Origin: Thermodesulfovibrionales bacterium
Lineage (GTDB): Bacteria > Nitrospirota > Thermodesulfovibrionia > Thermodesulfovibrionales > SM23-35
Direction of reading: 5' to 3'
Length of the DNA: 63,325 nucleotides
Assembly: GCA_963715195.1 (NCBI GenBank)
Contig: CAVQRT010000035.1
Location: 1 to 63,325 of the forward strand
The notes beneath the pieces are model-generated. The model was not told the origin of the DNA, made no database searches, and was given only the letters and a program-made list of their open reading frames with translations. The translations under genes and the position numbers were made by a program. The stretch's first letter is position 1. Every line of letters starts with the position of its first letter. This document shows positions 12,839-23,040 of the stretch, one piece after another.

Positions 12839-13045
12839 GGAGGCAAGTCATTGAATATAAAGAAATATGAGGAAAGAAACGGATACTCAAAGTGGGCAAT
12901 TTGCCTGAATCGAGAGGGAGTTATGACCGAAGCATAGTATAGGGATAATGCCAGTTATTTCTGGTAATCTACAGGAGACAGAATTGTTCGATGTATTAAC
13001 TACTATGTGAAACAAACTCAATACTTTTTACAGAGGGCACTAATT

Positions 13046-13231
13046 TTATTTACAGTATCCTATATAATCCCCATGCTTTAAATGTGCTTTCACCGCTGAC
13101 TCATCAACATGGATAGTTTTTCCTTTATGGCATATAGCAACTTTGTCCCTGGATTTAGGAACTTTGTCAATAACACATCCTATACATGAAAGCATTACAA
13201 GACAGATAATCGTTTTTATGAATAAATTCAT
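13046..13231 (-). CDS. Small lipoprotein with ICHKG…AHLKHGD..G.C motif
   Basis: 61-aa ORF, lipobox CIGC, RBS AAGGAGG. Confidence 0.65.
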   Translation of the reverse strand: MNLFIKTIICLVMLSCIGCVIDKVPKSRDKVAICHKGKTIHVDESAVKAHLKHGDYIGYCK

Positions 13232-13367
13232 GGAAGCCTCCTTATCGTGGGGCTGAAACTGTTTCTTATCGTTACAAAGCTATTTCATTGTAGCAGATTT
13301 TGCAGTTGTTTACTCCTGTAAATAATCGATAGCATTGATAAATTTCAGATGCGTTGACTTCTATGTG

Positions 13368-13622
13368 TTATCGTTTATAGTGTTGGTAGATTGAATACCG
13401 ACTAGGGCATTGACAGATATCTGTTTTGCCGTAAGAAAGGTTATAGGCGCAGTTATTTCTATTACTTTTCTTTTCTATAAAAAGACCTTTGTTCTTTAAC
13501 TTGCAATCAATAGAACATGTATCCCAATGGTTGTTCCCCATACATTCAAAATCGCAATGACATTTTGTTGTCATATTTTTAATTTTTTGACTTATTTTAA
13601 ATACGGTATTATCTTGTTTCAT
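13368..13622 (-). CDS. Small Cys-rich hypothetical protein
   Basis: 84-aa ORF with C..DF.C, C.Y…YG…C.CP.R pattern. Confidence 0.5.
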   Translation of the reverse strand: MKQDNTVFKISQKIKNMTTKCHCDFECMGNNHWDTCSIDCKLKNKGLFIEKKSNRNNCAYNLSYGKTDICQCPSRYSIYQHYKR

Positions 13623-13897
13623 AAAAACATAATACCAATTAAATTAACCATACACAAGAGCAAACCTGTTTTTTAAACCATTATTATGTGTCATATTGGC
13701 TGAACTATAGATTTCCCTGAGTTTATTTGTGAGTGTGTTTCATGCAGGAATCAACAGGGAATAAAAACATGAGATGTGCAGAGTACTATGTGTATTGAAC
13801 ACTTTGAAGAAATGCGTGTGATTATTTAGTCCACCTACAAGTCAACACACCGACACATCTCAAAGGGTAAAGATTACAGGTAGGAATATGCAAAGGA

Positions 13898-13920
13898 GGG
13901 GTAAGCAGTAAACTCACCCC
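13898..13920 (-). terminator. Probable intrinsic terminator after 13956-14183
   Basis: GGGGTGAG-7nt-CTTACCCC followed by TCCTTT on the minus strand. Confidence 0.55.
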
Positions 13921-13955
13921 TTTTAGTTTAAGATATTACTGTTTTACCGTCTCCT

Positions 13956-14183
13956 TTAAAAATTTGGCGAAAAAGAGTGCGTTTTCGGTCCGCCGCCTTG
14001 TTGGCACTTTGTCTCGCCAGTATATGTATCGGTAACACAAACACTGTAGGTCATACCACCACCACCGACTGCCACTGCATATCTCCCTGCGCCATTATCC
14101 GTTGTCGCTGCACCAAGAAGCATGAAAACAGTAGTTGCCGAAAGTACACCGATAAGAAAATTTTTCCATGAAATCTTTTTCAT
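13956..14183 (-). CDS. Small secreted hypothetical protein
   Basis: MKKISWKNFLIGVLS signal-like N-terminus, GRY…DT.TGE motif, RBS GGGAGG. Confidence 0.6.
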   Translation of the reverse strand: MKKISWKNFLIGVLSATTVFMLLGAATTDNGAGRYAVAVGGGGMTYSVCVTDTYTGETKCQQGGGPKTHSFSPNF

Positions 14184-14362
14184 TGCGTTAACCTCCCTTT
14201 CAAATAGAATTGACACCTTATGAAAAGGTATCCCTTGAATACATCAATTATATCAAAAACCTACAGGCACATTAGTTTCCGATAGAAATCTGCACCTTTT
14301 TAGCAAAGATTGCTTCTAACGAGTACAGGAAGTAATCTTCACTATATACTTCATGATTAAAA

Positions 14363-14905
14363 TCAGTGTCTTCTTTTACTTCTAATATATTTTAAAACTA
14401 CATAACTTATAAAAATAGTAATGACTAAAAAGAAAACGACATATTTAATCATACTTGTATCAATGCCTATATCTTTCAGACTGTGACCCCCTACATACCC
14501 TATCGAAACCATTACAGCAATTGTAAAGGTAACTGCAATAGCATCTGTTAAGAGGAATTTCAACGGGTGCATTCTCATAACCCCAGATACAAGAAAGATC
14601 TGTGCCCTTAGACCAAGAACATGCCTTCCAAGCAATATAAAGAAGATTCCTTTCTTCTGATATTTATTTTCGAGCATGGCAAGCCTTTCTGGGGATAATA
14701 TTTTTTGAAACCATCTGTGATATACAACCATACGACCAAATTTTCTGCCAAAAAGGTAAATGATAAAATCTGCTATTAGCACTCCTATATAAATGACAAG
14801 GAGGGCGGGTATCGCTTTGATCATATTGCGTTGAATTAAGAATCCACATAAGATGAATGTAGCATCTTCGGGGAAGGGCATCCCAACACCCCCGAGAATA
14901 AGCAT
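14363..14905 (-). CDS. DedA-family membrane protein (true start probably ~14958 via a frameshift)
   Basis: GMPFPED…G, D…Y.FGRKFG, GRHVLGLR motifs. Confidence 0.85.
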   Translation of the reverse strand: MLILGGVGMPFPEDATFILCGFLIQRNMIKAIPALLVIYIGVLIADFIIYLFGRKFGRMVVYHRWFQKILSPERLAMLENKYQKKGIFFILLGRHVLGLRAQIFLVSGVMRMHPLKFLLTDAIAVTFTIAVMVSIGYVGGHSLKDIGIDTSMIKYVVFFLVITIFISYVVLKYIRSKRRH

Positions 14906-15230
14906 AACAAAGAGTGCTATATAAGGTGAGTTTTCTACTAACGTTTCGATTTTCTCATACCTTATTTATTACCAGTAGAACTATTTGCAATTATATCAGG
15001 TTCTAACGGTGAGGACTTCAGGAAGTAGTTCGCAGATGGAAGCAATCTAAGAATGTGCGGCTTACTATGTGTTATACGCAGTTTTTATTTTTCCAAGCTT
15101 GAAAACCGTAAAATTCAACACTACTTCAATAAATACGCACTTCAGGTGTCTCTCTTGGTTTGCGAACTACACCTACAAGTCAACAAATTTGACAACATGC
15201 AGGGAGTGTCGATTATTGGTAGAAACAGGC

Positions 15231-15260
15231 AAAAAAAGGGCGAGATATTTACCTCGCCCC
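15231..15260 (-). terminator. Intrinsic terminator of mipA-like gene
   Basis: GGGCGAG-8nt-CTCGCCC followed by T7 on the minus strand. Confidence 0.8.
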
Positions 15261-15300
15261 GATATCTGGAAACAGCCAGTGTTAACGCGCGCTGTTTCTT

Positions 15301-16164
15301 TTAGAAATTATAGACAGCAACAACACCCCCAAGGTACTGGTTCGCATCACCTTCGTCATCTACGACCGGGCTGTCCTTTGCATCGCTCACGAGTCGTTTG
15401 TACCCAAGTGCACCAATAAAGCTCCACTGTTTGTTGAGCACATAATTAAGGCCTGCCCGCACCCCGTAGTCCTTGATACCAGAGTCGGCCTTGAACACAT
15501 CAAGTCCACTTCGTGCCGCGTTATCTTTGTCTATCTCGAAATAGGCCTCCATGTAATCATCGCTGGCATACGTTGTTGAAGCACTGAGCGAGAGCATGAG
15601 TCCTGTATCCAATGGTATTGAATATCCGGTCACAAGGGTAACGAGCAGACCTTCATGCCCATCAGCCACATCCTGTGCCGCTTCAATCATCGCGGTCCAT
15701 TGGTCAATCTTTATTCCAGCAAATGCTCCCACCTCTAAGGCGCTATCAACTTTACGAAGATCGTCAACCTGCTTATCTTCAACATCATTACGCTCGATTC
15801 GATACCGTAAAACCGGCCCTACACTCCACATCTTACTTTCAAGAACGTTCGCTCTTATTGTCGTGCCCAGCAACCCGATGTACTGGCCAGTTTTCGAGTC
15901 TATTCTTGCAAAGGGGATGGGCACAGCGGTATAGTCGTTCGATCCTTCATAATCCGGGATTACTCCTATTCCCAAGCCGAGTTTGGTAGCTATTTTCGCC
16001 TCCTGCTCACCCACAGTATGGGACAATGTAGTTTCCATACCAGGGTCCCAATCCATATCTGTTGCACCTGCATTTGCCTGAGAGTACATACTTAGTGTCA
16101 GCATAACTGCAAACAAAGAAAACAGACACACTCGGAACATCTTGAATCCCTCTTGTTTGTTCAT
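15301..16164 (-). CDS. MipA/OmpV-family outer membrane protein
   Basis: PDYEGSNDY…P.P, YM..YF.I, DAKDSPVV, C-terminal Y.F. Confidence 0.88.
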   Translation of the reverse strand: MNKQEGFKMFRVCLFSLFAVMLTLSMYSQANAGATDMDWDPGMETTLSHTVGEQEAKIATKLGLGIGVIPDYEGSNDYTAVPIPFARIDSKTGQYIGLLGTTIRANVLESKMWSVGPVLRYRIERNDVEDKQVDDLRKVDSALEVGAFAGIKIDQWTAMIEAAQDVADGHEGLLVTLVTGYSIPLDTGLMLSLSASTTYASDDYMEAYFEIDKDNAARSGLDVFKADSGIKDYGVRAGLNYVLNKQWSFIGALGYKRLVSDAKDSPVVDDEGDANQYLGGVVAVYNF

Positions 16165-16304
16165 TGTTCAATCTCCTTATCTTTGGTTGTTTTTTCCCGT
16201 CTCTTTATTCCTTATTTTTTATTCAAACAGTGGCTTTTTCATCTCCTGCCTTTGAAAAATATTGATGTATTTACGCTGTTCACACTTAAATCCATTTATC
16301 CTAA

Positions 16305-16320
16305 AGCAATAATAATACCA
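16305..16320 (-). promoter_or_regulatory. Sigma54 (-24/-12) promoter of mipA-like gene
   Basis: TGGTATTATTATTGCT; exact IHF consensus TATCAATGAGTTA at 16338-16350; inverted pair CGGGCAAAATACC (16374-16386) / GGTATATTGTCCG (16398-16410). Confidence 0.7.
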
Positions 16321-16648
16321 GAGTAAGAAATACTATTTATCAATGAGTTATATACTACGGAGAGCACATTATTCGGGCAAAATACCATATTCATAGGGGT
16401 ATATTGTCCGACTTGCTTTGTATCTATTGTCTTTTTCTTGATTTCCATTTGTAAGCTACATATTCTTGTCCAATTGATTTTTTGCAGAGTACAGTAAGAA
16501 GCAAACAGAGGACATAAACCTTATATGGTGCGTGTTCCTATGTGAAGGTTGTTTTAATCAAGAAAGCTACTATTATTTATTTCTGCTCAAATCATCAGTA
16601 TTAAGATTTTTGAAAACCCACGAAATGTACATTATTTTTCTTTTATAC

Positions 16649-19306
16649 TCACACTTTTCGTCTAATCCATTTATCAATTTCTACTGCAAAAATAATTATC
16701 ATCGATACCACAAGCACTTCTCCCCACTCAATCATTGCCAAAGGAACGGTTCTGAATACCCACTGAAGAGCAGGCACATATAGGACAGCAAGATGAGCAA
16801 AGATGGAGGCAAGCATACCATAAAAAAGAAAGGGATTACTTATAAGGCTCATACGGAATATCGATCTTGTCTCGGAACGAGAGTTCCATGCTTGGAAAAA
16901 CTGAAAAAAGACCATCGTGGTAACCGCAACAGTTCTGGCCTGTTCCAGAGAATCTCCTGATCTTAGTGCAAGAATGTAGTTTCCGATAACTCCAAGTGAG
17001 ATGATAGAACCCACAAGAACAGTCCTCTGGAGAAGGAGCTTAGACATAAGTCCTTCCTGTGGCGATCTTGGAGGTTTATTGATGATCCCTTGTTCTCCTG
17101 GCTCGAATGCGAGGGCAAGAACCTGCAAGCCGTTTGTTACCAGATTTATCCAAAGTAGCTGTGAAGGAAGATACGGGAGGGGAAGTTTTAGCAGTTGTGA
17201 GATTATGATGGATAATATTGCAGCAATGCCAGTTGGAATAAGGAAAAAGATTACTTTCCTAATATTTTCAAACACAATCCGGCCTTCCTCTACTGCATGG
17301 AAGATACTTGCAAAATTATCGTCTGCAATCACCATGTCAGCAGCTTCCTTGGCAACATCTGTACCTGATCTGCCCATAGCAACTCCGATGTGGGCAGCCT
17401 TGAGTGCTGGTGCATCGTTAACGCCGTCACCTGTGACTGCCACTATCTCATTATGTTTTTTCATCTGCTGAACAATACGCAGTTTATCCTGTGGAGCTAC
17501 ACGGGCATAAACTGATGTTTGTTGCACTTTATAGAAAAGTTCATCATCGCTTATAGCCTCAAGCTGCTTCCCTATCAATGCGTTGGTTTCCTCTTCCTGT
17601 ACGATTCCAAGCTGTCTTCCAATAGCTACTGCGGTGATTGCATGGTCTCCTGTAACCATAACTGTCCTTATGCCAGCCTTTTTACATCCATCAATTGCAT
17701 GCTTTACTTCTTCCCTCGGCGGGTCGATCATGCCCTGTAACCCAGTCAGGATGAGACCGGATTGTATATCCTGGTGTGTAATCGCTTCTGTATCGTCAGG
17801 CATCTCTTTGTATGCCATCGCAAGAACTCGCAAACCCTGTTTTGCCAATGTATCTGCAAACTTGATGAAATCTTTTCTTATAAGATGTTCACTTATAAGG
17901 CAGGCTGTACACATATCAAGAAGTTTTTCAGCTGCGCCCTTGGCAAAAATGATCTTTTTGCCTTGATACTCATGCAGGGTTGCCATGTATCCTCGGTCAG
18001 ATTCAAATGGGATGATACCAAGCCTTGGATAATTCTCTCTTTCTGCTTCCGGGTTCAGCCCGGCTTTCATGGCAGAGACGATGAGCGCGCCTTCTGTAGG
18101 ATCACCATCGACCCTGAACTGACCCTCTTCTTCATAGATGTCAGACTCGTTGCATAGCAACCCTATGCGAAACACGTGCAGAAGCGTAACTAATTCATTT
18201 GGTTCCACAGGCATCTTGTCGTGAAGTATTTCTCCCTGCGGTTCATAACCGCTACCGGTTATCTCATAGGTATGCTCTCCGTCATATACAAGCAAGACTG
18301 TCATTTCATTTTTAGTCAGAGTACCTGTCTTGTCAGAGCATATGACAGTTGTACTTCCTAAGGTCTCAACGGTCGGGAGATTCCGTATGATCGCGTTTCT
18401 TTTAGCCATTCGTGCTACCCCGGCAGCCATTGCAATCGTTACTACAATTGGAAGCCCTTCTGGGACAGTTGCAACAGCGGCAGCAACTGCAGTCATAAAC
18501 ATATCTTTTATACTTTCTCCTGTAAGTATCCCAAAAATAAAAACAGCAACAGAAGCTGCCAAAACAAGCAAACCTATCTGTTTCGAAAACTTATTAATCT
18601 TTTCCTGTACTGGAGCTTTTACAGGACGTACACCTTTAAGCTCCTGGGCAATTGTCCCTAAGATGGTTGTTGTTCCCGTATTCACAACGATACCTTTTCC
18701 CCTGCCAGTCACTACAATTGTTCCCATGAAGGCCATATTTGTCTGATCACCAGGGGTAAGATTTGCACTTTGAATGGATAGTGATTTTTTTTCTGCAGGA
18801 ACTGATTCACCGGTCAGCATTGCTTCTTCAACCTTTAATTCCAGTGTATGAAAAAGCCTTAGGTCAGCCGGTACTTTAGATCCAGAGCTTAGGAGCACAA
18901 TATCTCCGGGCACCAATTCTTCACTGTCTATCTCCCGTTCTTTTCCATCTCTGAGAATCCGTGCTTTCGGTACCACCATCTGCTTTAAAGCTCTTACACT
19001 CCGTTCAGCTTTATATTCCTGTAGATATCCAATTACCGCGTTAAGGACTACAACTGACAAAATAACTGCCATGTCAATATATTCTGAGAGCAGAAAAGTA
19101 ACAAATGATGCGATAAGGAGAATATATATGAGCGGGCTGGTAAATTGATGGATGAGTATTTTCAGTCTACTTATCTGCTCATGTTCTGCAAGTTTGTTTG
19201 GACCATATTTTGGAAGGCGAACTTTAGCTTCAGCATCGCTAAGACCTTCATGTGATGAGTCAAGATTGCCGAATACTTCTTCTATTTCTGACCGATACCA
19301 GTTCAT
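16649..19306 (-). CDS. Cation-transporting P-type ATPase (type II), copy 2
   Basis: Intact 885-aa ORF with TGES, PEGL, DKTGTLT, DPPR, GDGVNDAPAL; paralogue of 4404-7068. Confidence 0.95.
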   Translation of the reverse strand: MNWYRSEIEEVFGNLDSSHEGLSDAEAKVRLPKYGPNKLAEHEQISRLKILIHQFTSPLIYILLIASFVTFLLSEYIDMAVILSVVVLNAVIGYLQEYKAERSVRALKQMVVPKARILRDGKEREIDSEELVPGDIVLLSSGSKVPADLRLFHTLELKVEEAMLTGESVPAEKKSLSIQSANLTPGDQTNMAFMGTIVVTGRGKGIVVNTGTTTILGTIAQELKGVRPVKAPVQEKINKFSKQIGLLVLAASVAVFIFGILTGESIKDMFMTAVAAAVATVPEGLPIVVTIAMAAGVARMAKRNAIIRNLPTVETLGSTTVICSDKTGTLTKNEMTVLLVYDGEHTYEITGSGYEPQGEILHDKMPVEPNELVTLLHVFRIGLLCNESDIYEEEGQFRVDGDPTEGALIVSAMKAGLNPEAERENYPRLGIIPFESDRGYMATLHEYQGKKIIFAKGAAEKLLDMCTACLISEHLIRKDFIKFADTLAKQGLRVLAMAYKEMPDDTEAITHQDIQSGLILTGLQGMIDPPREEVKHAIDGCKKAGIRTVMVTGDHAITAVAIGRQLGIVQEEETNALIGKQLEAISDDELFYKVQQTSVYARVAPQDKLRIVQQMKKHNEIVAVTGDGVNDAPALKAAHIGVAMGRSGTDVAKEAADMVIADDNFASIFHAVEEGRIVFENIRKVIFFLIPTGIAAILSIIISQLLKLPLPYLPSQLLWINLVTNGLQVLALAFEPGEQGIINKPPRSPQEGLMSKLLLQRTVLVGSIISLGVIGNYILALRSGDSLEQARTVAVTTMVFFQFFQAWNSRSETRSIFRMSLISNPFLFYGMLASIFAHLAVLYVPALQWVFRTVPLAMIEWGEVLVVSMIIIFAVEIDKWIRRKV

Positions 19307-19692
19307 AGATTTACATTAAGTATCTGCTTTTTATAATTTGTTATCAAATATATTTATCAAACTGACTGATATTTTGTCACAATAATGATTCCGTATGCTA
19401 TCGTAAATCTGTTCTTCAAAATATATCCCGATCAATAGCTCAATCATTAAGATCTTGTTTATTTAATATCAACAATAAAGAAATCCCCATTTCCAAATAT
19501 AATCGTAACAATGAAAATGCGTTATGCTGTGCATGTTTCAACTGGAAATAAACGATTTTCGGAAATTGCAAGGGTGTAGATTTCTATGTGTAAGTTCTTC
19601 ATCAAGATGCAATTGAGTTTTTTTATGAGAAATCCGGAGTGCTCTACACAATCTTCAATCTCCAATAGGGGGAATTGAATTGCTTGTTGATT

Positions 19693-20832
19693 TTAGAGGA
19701 AACGTGTTTTCACCAAGATAATCCCAAAGACAATTAAGAACATCACCCTCCAGACGCGGTCAATCTTGCGTGCTAAGGCTTCCTTCTCAATACGGACGAG
19801 AAATGATGTCATGGTCACCATGAAAAGAGATGACAGGATAAGCAACGTATCAGCCAAGATGAAGATGTCCAGACGAGTCAAGTAAGGTACTCGGGGCACT
19901 TGGGATTCGACAACGAACCGATAGGCGATCAGCGTCAGCATGGCGGTGGTGGCTACCCCAATCTTCGTCCCGGCATTCGTTGGGTCGATGAGAAAGACCG
20001 ACCATGACATCAAAACGATCAGCACGAGCGGGAGGATGATCTTCCAAATATAATATTGTATGTGTCTTTTAGCTGTGAACTCGAAGGCATACCCGGCAAC
20101 ATCATACCCGGGGATTATGGTATAAGGCAGTTCCTTCGTCTCAAACTCGGTAATTTCCCAGTCAGGGAGGGAGATATTCTGGGCAATGCCGGCGCCATAC
20201 TCCAAGCCAATATCAAGAAACTTTTGGTCAGTTACAAAAAGTATCTGGTCGGTCGTATATACTGGAGCTACAAGATGCAGCTGGAAGACATGCGTGTCAA
20301 GCGGAAAATCATGTAGGTTCAGGGGCTGGGAAAAAGGCCCCACGTATCTCTGCCGGTAAGTCACCGTCCCATCGGGACTGACCTCAACTTCTTCGGGCAT
20401 TGTCTTTCTTATCAGGCCGATCTCATTAGCGATCTGAACGCGGGGGTCCCAAATATCTGCAAGCTTGTATTTACGAAAATCGCTACCCCGATATGCCAGT
20501 CTGTTGTCTTTCCATCTCAGGGCTACGAATACGTTGGCAACAAAATTCTGTTGTGCACTGTCAATGTTGTCGATATCGAGTACCCAGATAGCAACAGAAA
20601 CAGTCGTTGGCCCGGCTTTAGCGTCTGGGCGGACAAATTGCCGCTGCTGCGCAAAGGCTACTTCTGCATATAAAATTCCAAAGAAAATACAGAAAAGAAG
20701 AATAAACTGCGAGAGATTTCTCCAGATATACCTTATCTCAATGATGTCTGTTTGATACATCGTTGATTGCTTTATACTCTTATCACCCACATACAATTTT
20801 CTCAATAGGCGTAACATCGTTTTCAGTGTCAA
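19693..20832 (-). CDS. Prokaryotic pentameric ligand-gated ion channel (GLIC/ELIC-like)
   Basis: W.D.RL, IWDPRVQIAN, Pro-loop L.DFPLD, pre-M1 R…YYIWKIILPL, four TM helices, M2-M3 loop VPRVPYLT.LD; true start may be downstream of the track start. Confidence 0.88.
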   Translation of the reverse strand: MTLKTMLRLLRKLYVGDKSIKQSTMYQTDIIEIRYIWRNLSQFILLFCIFFGILYAEVAFAQQRQFVRPDAKAGPTTVSVAIWVLDIDNIDSAQQNFVANVFVALRWKDNRLAYRGSDFRKYKLADIWDPRVQIANEIGLIRKTMPEEVEVSPDGTVTYRQRYVGPFSQPLNLHDFPLDTHVFQLHLVAPVYTTDQILFVTDQKFLDIGLEYGAGIAQNISLPDWEITEFETKELPYTIIPGYDVAGYAFEFTAKRHIQYYIWKIILPLVLIVLMSWSVFLIDPTNAGTKIGVATTAMLTLIAYRFVVESQVPRVPYLTRLDIFILADTLLILSSLFMVTMTSFLVRIEKEALARKIDRVWRVMFLIVFGIILVKTRFL

Positions 20833-21118
20833 TTATATCATAACGAAAGAAGTGCTCGAAAAAGTCTAATTCCTTAACTTTGATTCTGTTAATAACTCAG
20901 GTTAAGTTGTAATCTTGAAAGAGGCTCCATTATGTAAAAGCATCTTGTTCTGAGTATTTCCAAAGGCAATATTGTCTGCTTAAAAAAGGCAATCGACTCT
21001 GTGTGTTTGGGTGACAAATACGCGTCGCTAAGAATATTCTGAACTACGGACTTCTATGTGGAAGGCACACTTTGTAAAATTTTCCCAGGTTTGAAAGCCT
21101 ATTAATTATAATAGGGAC

Positions 21119-21670
21119 ATGAAAGGTAAATATACCCTTCCTGAGAAATTTAGCATCAGATTCGATAAGACAGATAGGCATACCTTTCTGCTCAGCACGC
21201 AACAGATTATTCCCATCCCGGTAGAAAAAGCTTTCTCTTTTTTTGAAAAACCGGAAAATCTCCCTGAGATCACACCTGAATGGCTGAATTTCAGATTCAA
21301 GATGAAAGGCGCTCAAAGTAAAACATATAAAGGTGCAGAGTTTGATTATACGATCAGATGGTTCGCGATAAGAATACAATGGCATACGAACATATCAGAA
21401 TACCGTCGTCCTGAGATGTTCACTGATGTGCAGGTCAGGGGACCCTATGCTCTATGGAAACATCTTCACACCTTTGAACCGGTTCCTGAGGGAACACTTT
21501 TAAGGGATTTTGTTACTTATCGAATTCCTTTTGGATTTTTCGGTAACATCTTGTTCGGCACAATAATCAGAAAGCAACTCCGGGACATTTTCTCATATCG
21601 GGCATTTCGTATCGCTGAGTGGGCGAGTGGGACATTGAAGAGGAAACTCCCATCTAATCCTCATTCCTGA
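21119..21670 (+). CDS. SRPBCC-family protein
   Basis: F.FF..PENL..ITP, F.D.Q.RGPY..W.H.H.F. Confidence 0.85.
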   Translation: MKGKYTLPEKFSIRFDKTDRHTFLLSTQQIIPIPVEKAFSFFEKPENLPEITPEWLNFRFKMKGAQSKTYKGAEFDYTIRWFAIRIQWHTNISEYRRPEMFTDVQVRGPYALWKHLHTFEPVPEGTLLRDFVTYRIPFGFFGNILFGTIIRKQLRDIFSYRAFRIAEWASGTLKRKLPSNPHS

Positions 21671-21682
21671 TATAATGAAGCC

Positions 21683-22582
21683 ATGAAAATAATGATCTGC
21701 GGCGGTGGGGGTTTTATCGGCCAGCGTCTTGCGGGATTTCTTCTTAATAAGGGATACGAAATCATTATTCTCGACAGAAATAAATCAAGGATATCATCTC
21801 CAAAATTAAAATCATTTGTAGCTGACCTTCTCAAACCAACCCTTTTTAAAAAAGAATGGTTTTCGAATATAGAAGCGGTCATCAATTTAAGCGGGAAGGA
21901 TGTCCTTAAACTCTGGACAGAAGATTACAAAAAAGCAATATGGGAAAGCCGTGTCACCGTCAATAAGCATCTTGTTGATTTTCTCTCTTCTTTAGATAAC
22001 AGGCCAAAGACTTTTATCTCGGCTTCTGCCACTGGCTATTACGGTGATAAGGGAGAAAACGAGGTCGATGAGAATGCAAAAAACGGAAAGGGATTCCTGG
22101 CAGATGTCTGTGTTGCCTGGGAGAGAGAAGCACTCCGTGCAGAGACGCTGGGAATGCGTTCTGTTCAGGTGAGAACGGCACCCGTGCTTGATAACAAAGG
22201 CGGCTTTCTCGAAAAGCTCCTGAAGTCTATGAAATTCGGGGTTACCGTACAGTTTGGATCAGGAAAGAACTGGTTTCCCTGGATCCATATGAAGGACCTC
22301 ATCAGTATTTACGAGGCAGCAATTACTCATGAGAGCCTTTCAGGTCCTGTGAATGCCTGTTCACCCGAGCCAGTCCGATTTCATTCACTGCTCAACCAAA
22401 TCACGCAATGTCGCAAAGCTGTTATCATTCCTTTCCCGGTTTCCGTGTTCAGGCTTTTTGCAAAAGAACTTGCTGATGAGTTGACAAACAGCCAGAGGAT
22501 ATTACCTATAAAACTGCAAAATATTCAGTTCCGTTTTGTCCACGGCAACCTGAATGAGGCATTGAAAGCTGTATTAACATGA
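21683..22582 (+). CDS. TIGR01777-family NAD-dependent epimerase/oxidoreductase
   Basis: GGGGFIG, INLSG, SASATGYYG, GFLA.VC..WE, PWIH..D. Confidence 0.9.
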   Translation: MKIMICGGGGFIGQRLAGFLLNKGYEIIILDRNKSRISSPKLKSFVADLLKPTLFKKEWFSNIEAVINLSGKDVLKLWTEDYKKAIWESRVTVNKHLVDFLSSLDNRPKTFISASATGYYGDKGENEVDENAKNGKGFLADVCVAWEREALRAETLGMRSVQVRTAPVLDNKGGFLEKLLKSMKFGVTVQFGSGKNWFPWIHMKDLISIYEAAITHESLSGPVNACSPEPVRFHSLLNQITQCRKAVIIPFPVSVFRLFAKELADELTNSQRILPIKLQNIQFRFVHGNLNEALKAVLT

Positions 22583-23040
22583 TCGATAAGGAGATGTTCA
22601 TGCTCTTATTCGAAGGCGTTGTATCCGGATTAGCAGCAGGATCCCTGATGGGTCTTATATCCCATGTAGGCTTCAAAGTTGGCATATTCAAATCAAGCCT
22701 TTTCATCATTGACGGTACTTTTGTTCAACACATCCTACGACTGAAACCCAAAGCAACACAAGCTGTGATTTTCGGAATTCCTGTTCACCTGATCACCAGC
22801 ATGTCCTTTGGTATTGGATATGTAATTCCTGTAACCATTTTCAAACTTGATCTGCTCAATGGATGGTTGATTGTGGTTTATACGTTTATTCTCTGGCTCT
22901 CGATGCTTTTTGTGGCGCTTCCGACAGCAGGACAGGGATTCGTCGGGAGAAAATTAGGTTCTCTTACGTGGCTTGAGCAGATGGTACTTCATGTTGTTTT
23001 TGGCTTTGGGTTATGGGGATTTCTTTTTCTTCTCCATTGA
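22579..23040 (+). CDS. Membrane protein (4 TM)
   Basis: Hydrophobic ORF, ATGA-coupled to the epimerase, with H…G motifs. Confidence 0.65.
   Translation: MIDKEMFMLLFEGVVSGLAAGSLMGLISHVGFKVGIFKSSLFIIDGTFVQHILRLKPKATQAVIFGIPVHLITSMSFGIGYVIPVTIFKLDLLNGWLIVVYTFILWLSMLFVALPTAGQGFVGRKLGSLTWLEQMVLHVVFGFGLWGFLFLLH

Noticed and set aside
12993..21060. CRISPR array or classical integron attC array
   Set aside because: The repeats are short, degenerate and separated by whole genes; only 15001-15077 (TTCTAAC…GTTATAC) looks loosely attC-like, and there is no intI or cas gene
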